Shown: piece by piece, positions 14,761 through 26,408 of the stretch
Layout of the letters: every line of letters starts with the position of its first letter
Numbering within the stretch: position 1 is the stretch's first letter
The notes under the pieces: model-generated
Told to the model about the DNA's origin: nothing
The model's database searches: none
Seen by the model: the letters and a program-made list of their open reading frames with translations, nothing else
Translations under genes and position numbers: made by a program
DNA from: Octopus vulgaris
Taxonomy: Eukaryota
Assembly (NCBI GenBank): GCA_951406725.2
Contig: OX597826.1
Coordinates: forward strand, 64,418,001 to 64,482,000
Length of the DNA: 64,000 nt
Direction: 5' to 3'

Positions 14761-16384
14761 GAAGTGGGAGTTGCTCTTTGCACCTTCAACTTTTAATCTC
14801 TGCTTTTTGATGTCTGTTATTTTACATCAGGTCTGTTCCCTTGATGAGGACATGTCACCACTTTAAGAGGTCCCTGATGACTGTCACCTAGATATTTGGA
14901 TCAAAGGAGCAGTGGAGGAGAGTAGCCATGTGTGAACCTTATCAAATAATACTTTAAGATATTTTGTTTTTATGTTTTGTCTGCAAGATTCCTGATGTTA
15001 ACTTGTGGGCTGAAACAGATTTTGTTGTATCTTAGATGAGTCACTATGCCAACAATAAACATATGCACTAATTCCATTTCACTTCTGTAACCAATTTGTT
15101 AACATTTAACCTCTATTAACTAATTGACTGATTAATCCTTCAATCAATCTATTAGGTTCATAAGAGTCCTTTTCTCCATTTCAGGTCTGCGTCAAGTCAG
15201 TCTGCCTGAGACCTGGAGTAGAGAGGACATGTCATTGATGCAGTTGCAATCAATAACACAAAGACTAATGAATCTAGATGATTGATTATCTTTTAATCAA
15301 TCAATTAATTAATTGGTTATGTTCATGAACTAACTAATAATTATAAAAGAAGCAATGTATAACCAGTGCATCTATTTATTATTGACATAATGACTCTCAT
15401 GTTACAAAAAAAACCACCTAAAATATGTTACTTTGCTTTCTTTTTTATCTTTTAGTCAGGAGGGGAAGATGGTCTCTAAGAGAGGGAGGAGGGAAGATAT
15501 CCTGAAGTTAGAAACCTGGCCCTAATGCCTAATGCAATACATGAACTAAAGCACAGATAGTATGCCAGGCAGTGGTGTTGAGCTGGGGGATGAATTAAGG
15601 CTACCATCCAATTAGGTCATGGCACAACTGTGAGATAGTACATGTTAAATATAATTGTACACAAAATTAAACCTCTATAACTTCTTTTAAAAAATTTTTC
15701 TTGATAAAGTGAAATACTCCCCGAGATTCAGCTTGGAAAACTACATTACTACACCAAATTTGAAAATTTTCAATAAATTGTAAAATTTCTATAGCTCTAG
15801 CCAAACAGAAAAGATCCAACACCACAAAGCATTATGTCTGATGCTCTAATGACTCAGCTAACATGCTGCTTAAATTAGCACTAAAATCATTGAAATAATC
15901 ATTGATGTATCTAAAATTAATGAGACACTTTTGGTCTCATAGAATCCACCTTTGGCTGCCTCTAGCTATAACCATTATCACCTGCTCTGTTAGAAACAAC
16001 AGCCAAGCCTTTCTCATTAGGTAATTTAATAAATACAACAAGATGGTCACAGCTTGAACACTTGTTATGATATGTCTGCTTGCTGAGTTAACCTCATAGT
16101 TATTCATTTGACTCACTTCTAGTTTCTATAGCTTGGTGTACTGGTTTTATTGATATTCTGGAAGTGCAAAAAGAAAAAAAGCCAATATAAAACATTAGTA
16201 GTCTCAGCCCAGTCTTGATTGACAAGGCCTAATGTCGAAGATATTCAAGCTGTGACAAGCCTTTCCTGTCCCTTCGTGAATAGTCTACTTTAGATTACGT
16301 TATCTATTCTTTTACTTGTTTCAGTCATTTGACTGAAGCCATCCTGGAGCACTGCCTTTACTTGAAGAAATTGATCCCAGGACA

Positions 16385-16616
16385 TTTCTTTATTGCCCTC
16401 AAGGGGCTAAACATAGAGGGGACAAACAAAGACAGACAAAGGGATTAAGTAGATTACATTGACCCCAGTGCGTAACTGGTACTTAATTTATCGACCTCGA
16501 AAGGATGAAAGGCAAAGTCGGCCTCGGTGGAATTTAAACTCAGAACGTAGCAGCAGACGAAACACCACTAAGTATTTTGCCAGGCGTGCTAACGTTTCTA
16601 CCAGCTCGCCGCCTTT
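16385..16616 (-). mobile_element. Meta/MESC-domain-like SINE
   Basis: Reverse complement of the 4755 family. Confidence 0.75.
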
Positions 16617-16722
16617 ACATATTCTATCAGTCTCTTTTGGTGAACTGCTCGCCCAGTACATGTATTATCAGTCTGTTTTGGTGAACTACTAAGTTACAGG
16701 GACGTAAACATACCAACATCAG

Positions 16723-16961
16723 TTGGTGCATTTTAGAAAAACAAATAAGGAGTTGATATCCTCCACCATCATCACAACAAGCACTGGAGACTGTTTTAAC
16801 TGAAGAATGGACAAAAATTCCTTTGGAAACAATTTAAACTTTGTACAAGTCCATACCTCGTAGAATTCAAGCTGTAACTACTGCCAAAGGCAGTCCTACC
16901 CCATATTAAAATAAATTTGCTTGAAATTTTAAGGTGTTTCCATTTTTTTGTCCAACCCCTG
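16723..16961 (+). pseudogene. Tc1-family transposase C-terminal remnant with right TIR
   Basis: Reads WCILEKQIRS*YPPPSSQQALETVLTEEWTKIPLETI*TLYKSIPRRIQAV..AKGSPTPY*, a typical Tc1 C-terminus. Ends ...TTGTCCAACCCCTG|TA. Confidence 0.75.
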
Positions 16962-19448
16962 TATATATATTAGCTCAGGCCAACCAAAGCCTTGTGAGTG
17001 GATTTGGTAAGTGGAAACTAAAAGAAACCTGTCGCGCGCATGCATGCGTGCATGTGTGCATGCATACATAGCTCAGTGGTTACAGCTGGTGAGTTTGACT
17101 CCCAGACTGGGCCATGTGTTGTTCTCCTGAGTAAGACCCTTTATTTCACATTGCTCCAGTTCACTCAGATGTGGAAATGAGTTGCGATGTCACTGGTTCC
17201 AAGCTGTATCAGCCTTTGTCTTTCTCTTCACTAACATTGCTGGTATGCAGAGGGGAGGCTGGTATGCATGGGCAACTGCTGGTCTTGTGCCTCAGAGGGG
17301 AACTTTTTAGGAGCAATCTCATGGTCACTTGTGACCGAAGGGGGTCTTCATCCTTTTTTTGCATGTGTGTATCTGTGTGTATGTGAATATATTTTTGTCT
17401 CCTTGCTTTGACATTGTGTGATAGTTGTAAGCAAGTGTCGTTGTCATACAAGTGATGTGATTTGTTTCTAGTCGTCTATGACAATACCCAACTGAGGGAA
17501 AACATTACTGTACTTGGAAACAGGTGAGGGTTAGCAACAAAAAGGGCATCTATCTGTAGAAAATCTGTCTCAGTGAATTCCACCTAACCCATGCATGCAT
17601 GGAAAAATGGATGTTAATATACTGATGCTGACGATGACTATGCTGTATTTAAGAATATATTTAGTGGTTTATTCTTAGCATGCGGGGTCATTGACCTCTT
17701 ATAGATTCTTTTATTGAATCATTTCTGAAAGGGGATTTTAATGAGTGCATATGAAGTGTTTAAACAACTTTATTACTTCCTTCATCCACAGAACTAACGA
17801 TAATGAAAGCAAAAATATATGATAATAAAGATGTTTAACTATGTGAAATCATGTTTTAAAATTCTCAAACTGAGTTGTGGAAGCTTAGCCCCAGGTCATC
17901 TCTGATCAAGCTGAACTTTTATCAACAGTATTCCAACCATGATCATCAAGCATCATTATACAATGTATTCTTCAATTAGTTTTAAAATGGTAGCATGTAA
18001 TTGGATGGTGATTTGGCTGGTGTTTCTAGCAGGTCTAGTATTGTTGCAGCCAGTGCTAGAATGTAGCAGTAAAATAAATCATAGTGAATAGTGAACCAAC
18101 TAAGAGCTAAGCAACAGCAACAACACCATAATGAACAAAAAAAAAAACCCAGTCAAAAAGCATTATTTATAAATTAACACAATATAAACAAGCAAAACAT
18201 TTCCAATCAATATATATTCAATTTCCCTGTCAATAACAATGTTCATGATGCCAGTTCTGCAACTTTTATTGTCACCAAACCTCAAAGGTCAATTTCCATA
18301 TTTGTTCATTACATGTTAAGTCACAGCTGGTGGTAAAGCTGTATTGTGTTGTTGACAAAGCAAACATAACTTTCAACAGATCACCAATCCACTTTTGAAA
18401 ATAGACACTCTTTAAGACGTACCCAATTCATTACTGGAAAATGCATTCAGTATGACAGAATCCATTACATGATTTTTTTTAATAAGTTCTTTTTATTCTT
18501 ATTTTGGTTTCTGTTATTTACATTGACCCCAGTGCTTAACTGGTACTTATTTTATCAACCCCTAAAGGATGAAAGGTAAAGCTGACCTCAGCAGGATTTG
18601 AACACAGATTGTAAAGACAGATGAAAAGCTGCTAGGCAGAAGACTGCATCAGGCTTCTCTGTCCATTTTGGCAAAGCTTTAATGGCTAGATGCCCTTCTT
18701 AACACCAACCACCTTAACAACAACAACAAAATAACAATTACAGGGGAGTGGAGTAAGTCAATTTCATCAACCTCATTGCTCAACTGGTACTTATTTCATT
18801 GACCCTGAAAGGATGAAAGGCAAAGATGACCACAGAGGAATTTGAACTCAGAATGTAAAGATGAACGAAATGCCACTAAGCATTTTGTCTGGTTTTCTAA
18901 CAATTCTTTTAGCTTGCTGCCTTATTACTACTATAACAACTCCTCCTAATAATAACAATCATTATTTGCCACAATGGTGAAGGTTAGAGGACATTATGTA
19001 ATTACAAAAACAGTGGTGATTGTAGATTGTATATAATAGAATCAATTATGAAATTTAAAAAAAATCAGGTATAAAAACAACAGGGAATGAAATACAAGAT
19101 CTCAATAGGAAGGACAGTCACCAGGAGCCATCAGGGAATCCATTCCATAGGTCTTGCATTGCTCTTACATATAAGAACAAATCCTCTCATTCTCTCACTC
19201 TATGGTGTGTCCTCTGACCTAGAGGCACAATCTGAGTAAGGTCATTCAGTTGAAATATATTCAGCACCCGTACCTAACTTGTAGCAAATTCTTTGAAAGT
19301 TGCACCTCCTCCAAGTGGTGGGTGATGAAGTTGATGGAATCTTAACCAAAGATGAAAACATCAGACCACAATCCTTCCAATCTCATTCACCATACAACCC
19401 CCTTTATCCATAGTCACAAGACTGAATAAACAGTCTGCTCTTCCCAAC

Positions 19449-19959
19449 TTAACCCATTATTACTGTATTCATTTTGAGATACTCTGTTTTTCTTTCAATT
19501 ACTTTAAATATAACCAAGAATTAGTTATCATTCAGCTAGTGTTAGGAACATAAATTGTGTCTAAGGTTTGGTGCCCTCTCCAAAGCACAATCGTTCTCCT
19601 CACCGTGGTGCTGGGGGTGGCAACGGTATATGGTAAGTATACTGGCTAAACGGCTCTGGCCTGGAGAAAGACCTGGCCACCTACCCCAGTATCCTGGTCA
19701 ATATACTCTATGGATCAAAAGTGTAAGAATTGACACCATCAGGAGTGATACCGGAATGGACATGGCCAATCTGAAGGAAGCGGCCCAGGATAGAACTGAC
19801 TGGAGGACACATCCAACGAGTGACCGAGAGTCGACTTCAACTGAGCGGATAGAGAGAGAGAAGGTTTGGTGGAAGATTTTAATTCGAAGCTTATGAAAAC
19901 AAGACATTTGTACTTAGAGCCAGAGCCGGTTTCAACCGGGTTGGTAACGAAAGGGTTAA
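19449..19959. mobile_element. piggyBac-type (TTAA) MITE interrupted by a retroposon
   Basis: TTAA-CCCATTATTACT ... GGTAACGAAAGGG-TTAA. An uninterrupted copy lies at 58253-58480. Confidence 0.8.
19574..19860 (+). mobile_element. Short RTE-derived non-autonomous retroposon (Bov-A-like) with 11-bp TSD
   Basis: TSD AAGGTTTGGTG at 19563-19573 and 19861-19871, present only once in the empty MITE copy. The 3' half encodes the RTE C-terminal motif IDTIRSDTGM...LKEAAQDRTDWR and ends in a (GA)n tail. Confidence 0.75.
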
Positions 19960-22259
19960 GGTCAGTGAAACCTCATGATAGCCTCAGTTAATGTCTTCAT
20001 CTGTCCAACATGCGACAAGAACTGTTTGACATAATTCTGCAAACCTGCAATGCTTGGATATTGAATGAGTGTGTACTGAATGGTTTTGCAGCTCCGCAGC
20101 AATCTCAAACATGCTTCACTGATAATTATAATAATAAAAGGTTAATGGAGTTATTTAAAGTTTCCTGTAATAGCAGCAGCCTTTTTTTTTTTTTTTTTTT
20201 TTTAGAATTCTTTTACTTGCTTTGGTTACAGCTGAATGCTCTTCTAATATCTAACCACTCAACCTTGAAATAAAATGGAAACTTTTAACCAAGTAGTCTG
20301 AGTTAAATAGAAGTGCATGGCTTCCACAAGAGCTTGCGCATGAATTATCTTGAGTTCTTGGTTCATGGCTATTTATGTAGTCAGTAATCCAATAGTAGTT
20401 AATTATAACCAACATAGTCAGTAGTGTGTGACTGTTTATGTAGTCAGTGGTTCAACATTTGCAGCAAGAGAATTAAGTATTAAATAATGAAAACAAGACC
20501 AAACAGGTTTCTTTGTCATTGTACATAAGAAATTTTTAAAAGGACAAAGAGAAAGAGGGGGATCTAACATCTTGGCTAATGAAACAACAATGCCTCTAAT
20601 TCAGCTTCTTCAGCTGATCAACAGGCGAAGTGTCTTTAGCTGTACAATTAATACTCAGTCTGATAAATCATCCGGAGACACGACAAACAAAAACAACAAA
20701 ACACATTACTACACTGAATGTAAAGTAATCCTTTGACAGTTCTATAAATAAAAATAAAACTTTAAAAATCAACTAAATAAAAGTACTTCAAATTGAAACC
20801 CCACATGCATCCTACTGTGTCAACCTACTGGTTATTAATTTGATCCTAAAGTGGTGTAAAAATGCCAATTTCTTGTTTGGATCAAGCTACCCTTTAGTAT
20901 CACAAGGAACAGAAAAAAGACTTATCAAAAGAGCAGTAGTCAAATATCAAATTTTATTTTACTTTTATTCTTTCCCTGAATTACTTCATCCTAATTCAGA
21001 TTGTAATCAAACTATTTTTTTTCTTTTTTTTTTTTTGCTTTTATATTTTCACTTCCTGGATGTAAAATGTCAAAAGACATCTAGATTTATTTAGGCAACC
21101 AGAATAAAAAGGATAAAATTATTATCTGCTGCTTCCATTGCTCAATGTACTGTTAATTTTAAAAAGCAAAGATAAACACTTTTTCTAAATTCTCAACCCC
21201 TCTGAAACAATGTTGGAAAATCTTAAGAACAGATTCTCTTCAGATCCTGATTCTTAAGTCATTTTATTTGCCATGGGCTTTTCGTTTTATCAACTTTGCT
21301 TTTCATCACTCCAAGGTCAATAAAATAGATACCAGACATACACTGGGTATCTATTCAATTGCCTCTAGCAACAACCATTATCACCTGCTCTGTTAGAAAC
21401 AACAGCTAAACCTTTCTCATTAGATAATTTAATAAATACAGCAAGATGGTCACAGCTTGAACACTTGTTATGATAGGTCTTCTTGCTGAGTTAACCTCGT
21501 AGTTATTCATTTGACTCACTTCTAGTTTCTATAGCTTGGTGTACTGGTTTTATTGATATTCTGGAAGAGCAAAAAGAAAAAAAAGTTTGGAGCAGTAGGG
21601 TGCATGTGGAGTTTCAAGTTGAAGTACTTTTATTTAGTTGATTTTTAAAGTTCAATTGGCATGTCCCCCTTGTGATTGTCTTGTGTGAAATAAGAAAGCA
21701 ATGGTAAGAATTAACTTGACTAATAATAGAAAGTACCAGGGTGAATCTCAGAGGAATGAAAGGAAGAAACTTATCTAATTTGAGAAAAGATCATATAAAA
21801 TGTAATGGTTAGGAAAACGAACTTTAGACAAAAACAAATACAACCATTCTATTGTAATATTTTGGCAAGAATCATACAAACATAATGAGGGAGAATCTAC
21901 ATCAGATAAGGGTAAACTTTAAGGCCATGAACAAACTTTTGCCTACATTCCAATCTGAAATTATCTGATACTGAGATCCATATGACAAAGAAAAAGAATA
22001 ATCTTTAAAAGATTGAAACAGTAATTTATTATAAATTACATATGAATTTGTAGAATCAAAGATGAAACAAGTAAATGTCAAAAGGCATTTATTTGTTTCA
22101 TCACTGGACTGCAGCCATGCTTGTACTTATGTTTTTAAATGCTGGTACTTATTGTACCAGTGTCTTTTACCAAATCACTATGTTATGGGGATGTAAAGAA
22201 ACCAACACCAGCTGTCAAGAGATAGTGATAAAACACAGACACACACACACGTGTGTGTA

Positions 22260-22522
22260 TGCCTGGCGCCCGTGCCTGTGGCACGTAAAAAGCACCATCC
22301 GATCGTGGCCGTTTGCCAGCCTCATCTGGTACCTATGCAGGTGGCACGTAAAAAGCACCCACTACACTCACGGAGTGGTTGGCGTTAGGAAGGGCATCCA
22401 GCTGTAGAAACACTGCTAGATCAGACTGGAGCCTGGCGCAGCCTCCTGGCTTCCCAGACCCCAGTTGAACCGTCCAACCCATGCTAGCATGGAAAACGGA
22501 CGCTAAACGATGATGATGATGA
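22260..22522 (+). mobile_element. RTE 3'-UTR-derived repeat with (GAT)n tail
   Basis: Same sequence as 48880-49190 and the 3' UTR of the RTE fragment at 53531-54050. Confidence 0.7.
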
Positions 22523-24102
22523 TATATATATATGATATATATACGCATAGGATCAAAGGTTCTTCCTGAGCCATAGATTCATAAGGCCAGTTTCCTGGAT
22601 TCTGTGGTATATGTTTCATCAGTTCATAGCAGGATTACTCACTTTTGCCAGCTGAGTGAACCGGAGCAATGTGAAATGAAGTGATTTGCTGAAGAACACA
22701 ATGGATCACCACAATCTTAAGAACATGAATACAACCACTAACCCACACACCTCCACAGACACACAAACATACACACATGTGACAAGCTTTCCATACACTT
22801 TCCATCTGTCATATTCATTCACAAAGCATTGGTCAGCCCAGGACTATAAATGAAGACATTTGCCTAAGGTGCTTTGCAGTGGGACTGAACCTGAAATCAT
22901 GTAGCTGCAAAGCAAACTTAACCACACAACCATGCCAGTGCCTAGAGTGAATTCCATCAAATAACACTGTCTGGCCTATAACAATTTACTTTGTACCTAG
23001 GTATGAAATCAATTCACTGAAAAAAAAATCGGATATTTCTTTGTGAGACAAACTGATAAAAAAAAAATAGATAAAGAAAATAAATGAGACAGAAAAGGAA
23101 AGAAAAAAAAGATAAACAAAATTTGTTAAAAGAGTCAACTGATTCTGTTCAGCAATGATTAATAATAAAAGTTAGTTAATGAGAGACAATAATAGCAACA
23201 AAAGACATTCTTGGAATATTTCACTATCAAGACAGCATTCTAAATCAAACAATTGGAATTCTAATAGTAGAATTGTATTTCTGAACTTGTAAAGAGTAAA
23301 TACTATGTTAAAAGGTATAAAACAAATAAAGCAAAGAAACAAATTAATAAAATTTTTTAAAAATCAGTGTTTTATCTTTATTTGCTTTTTTTTTTATTTG
23401 CTTCTATTTAGGAGCAAAAGGAGAAACAATAAAATTTGGAGTATGCCAACAAGGTTTAAACTAAGAAGGGTTTGATAAAAAGTTATTTGTTAAGAAGAGA
23501 GATGGGATGGGTGAAGAATGGACAGATGATATTGTTATTTATACCCAAGATCAGTTTCCGTCTACCAAATCCACTCACAAGGCTTTGGTCGGCCCGAGGC
23601 TATAGTAGAAGACACTTGCCCAAGGCACCACGCAGTGGGACTGAACCCGGAACCATGTGGTTGGTAAGCAAGCTACCTACCACACAGCCACTCCTACTTC
23701 ATATAACGTTGACATTTTACTTCTATATATACACGCGGGTACACAAATGAGGGTGGACACATAAGTGAATGCAAACAAATATACACAATTGCACGTGATT
23801 GGTGTGAGTGCAAACAAATGTATGCCAGGCAAGGGTTATTGTGACATAAGAGCAAGCACACATACATCACTTTTATCATGTAAGAATGCTCACAAGGGTT
23901 AAGTGGATTTTGCTGACATATTTTTAACAGCTAGAGGCCCTTCCAAGCAAGACATGTTTTTCACAAAAGATGGGAAAGGAACAACGTTATTTGCAATGAT
24001 GATGATGGTTGTTTACAACTATCATGTGATATCAAGACAAAGTTACACACAAACACATAGACACACACACACATATATGTAAGTATATAGACAAACAGAC
24101 AC

Positions 24103-24473
24103 CAGGCTTCTTCCAGTTGCCATCAACCAAATCCATTCACAAGGCTTCAGTCAGCCCGGTCTATAGTAGAAGATACTTGCCCAAGTGTCATGCAATATAA
24201 TTGAACTGGAGACCACATGGCTGAAGCAAAGTCCTTAATCGCACAGCCACGTCTATGTCTATGCACAAAAGTAAAGCACTTAAAGATGGTCAGACTGTGC
24301 TTTATTTTAGTGCATAGACATAGATGTGGCCGTGTGATTAAGGACTTTGCTTCAGCCATGTGGTCTCCAGTTCAATTATATTGCATGACACCTTGGGCAA
24401 GTATCTTCTACTATAGACCGAGCTGACTGAAGCCTTGTGAATGGATTTGGTCGATAGCAACTGAAAGAAGCCT
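24103..24473. repeat. Long inverted duplication of a SINE fragment (about 177-bp arms, about 17-nt spacer)
   Basis: Arms 24103-24279 and 24297-24473 are near-perfect reverse complements. The mirror ORFs 24147(-) and 24217(+) are almost identical. Confidence 0.9.
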
Positions 24474-25457
24474 AATGGTATATCCATCCTTCTAGCTAGA
24501 ATGGGCCATTATAAATACGAGTTGCATAGGAGACACGGTCAGTCATCACCATGAGAGAGATGGTGAGCACTGCGATCGGAGCAATATGCAAGAGTTAGCA
24601 GTTGCAGACCACAGAATAGATCAGAGAGAGAAACAACAAAACAGAGGAGAATGGTAAATGCATACACTGACTCAAAATATGTCTGTACTATCTTGTCCCA
24701 TCAACATTCTTTCTTTCTTCCGTTTTTACTTCGCCAACTTGAAGTAGTTGGCTGGATTATGTAGCGGCATATTTCAAGTCTCCAACAAAGTGCATGCAAC
24801 TGTGATCAAATAAATAATGTAAGCTACATTCCTAGTCTTTCGTCATTGCTGTCCATCGATGTCTGTCCAACACGCCCAGCATCATCTGCTACACCTGACA
24901 ACTTACATTGATCCCTCAGGATCACATTCCACTACACAGATGCTGGCAACAGAATGAACTCTGTTAAAGATAACCCAGGACCTGAGTGGTGATGTTAAAC
25001 TCAATGATAGATTAAGTCAATGAAAATTTGGAGACGAATACCGTATAAAATCTTGTCCAACGCTCTGACAATTCTACCAATACATCAACCTATACTGGCA
25101 GTAGCATAGCGAGCGTTTAAACCACACGGGTTGGCCTCTGAGTTTACCGCATCTTACTTCTGGCCTCCGGCAGCCACCGCTCCTATACAGGCTTGTAAAT
25201 TGGACCCAAAAGTATCCCCCACCTCCATAAAAGCGCAGCCCAAGGGTAGCCTGCCACCCCCGCTACTCTACCTCGTCTAGCTAATCTACAGTAGACTGGG
25301 ACTATATTTTATCGTCCCTGAAAGAATGAAAGGCAATGTTAAGCTCGATGAGATTTGAACTCTGTTTTGAGAACCAGAACAAATACTGCAACGCATTTTG
25401 TACCACTCCCTAACGGCTCCGTCAATTTCCTGTCGTAAGCGCAAAATAGAAAGGAAA

Positions 25458-26272
25458 TGTAGCGTGGCAGTTCAGCAAGGGTGAAAAATGACTATAGCGA
25501 TTGCTAATATCTTCACTGGGTGAAAGGCGAGGCAGGAATGATCTCGTTTGAGGTTACAACCATCTTGGTCAACCTTTTCTTGTGCTAAACACTAATTTGA
25601 TTGGCTGACAGGACACGAGTGGTCTCTACGTGTTTCGCGCCACTGGGTAACATGTGACACGAGGTTCCCTCCTAAGTCCGCCACTGATTGGCACGTGACG
25701 CGAATTGTCTCGACTTATTTTCGCGCCATAATTGCGAATCAGCCAATCAAGACTTTCGGTTAAAATTCCATTTTCTGGGGTTCGGTGAGCCAACCGAACA
25801 GTATAAAAGCAGGATTTCACAGGCACTTGGGTCTTGGTTTCCAGTTCTTTTAAGAGCTAACTTAGACCTCTGCTGCTCAACTAGAGATATGCGATTGTCT
25901 CTGCTACTGCCGTTGCTACACTAATCTATACAACTACTGAAAGCCTCTCAAGTAGATTCCAGCATCTTGCCCTATGAACAGTAAACTAAATGCCATGGTT
26001 AATGCTATGTTCAGTGCCTTTGGGTATGCTTCACGCCACCCGAACACACCGACACAAAACGGGCTTACGCTTACGAACTCTTAGAATCCACATGATTGTA
26101 AAATATGTAAAATAAATAATATTTATCTACCAACAGAAGACTTGTATCCATTCACTTATGTCCTATCGTCGTTATATGTATTTTATGGCTTTTGAATAAT
26201 TCGTTGAGAATAGAACCGCGTGCAATCGTATTTTCCTAAACGATACGACCAAGCGTGATCCTATTTCTTACA
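25458..26272 (+). repeat. 5' LTR
   Basis: TGTAGCGTGG...CTATTTCTTACA, matching 30662-31476. Confidence 0.97.
25600..25808 (+). promoter_or_regulatory. LTR U3 promoter: CCAAT boxes, E2F-like sites, E-box, TATA
   Basis: ATTGG 25600 and 25687, CCAAT 25743, TTTCGCGC 25633 and 25719, CACGTGAC 25692, TATAAAA 25802. AATAAA lies at 26111. Confidence 0.65.
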
Positions 26273-26273
26273 C

Positions 26274-26286
26274 TGGTGACCCTACG
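26274..26286 (+). other. Primer-binding site (tRNA-Trp-like)
   Basis: TGGTGACCCTACG begins 1 nt after the LTR. TGG complements tRNA CCA, and TGGTGACCC matches the 3' end of metazoan tRNA-Trp. Confidence 0.7.
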
Positions 26287-26408
26287 CAGCCACTCGCATA
26301 TACTACGCAGCCGATAATAAACATAAGTACGGAAGTATTGACACAGAAGAAGCTGAAAAAGGAATATTTTTTGAAAAAACAAAAACAAAATACATATCCA
26401 CAAAAATA

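Noticed and set aside
25626-25924. Duplicated 66-aa and 78-aa ORFs (again at 30830-31128)
   Set aside because: They lie inside the LTRs, so duplication is explained by the LTR itself. No protein motifs.
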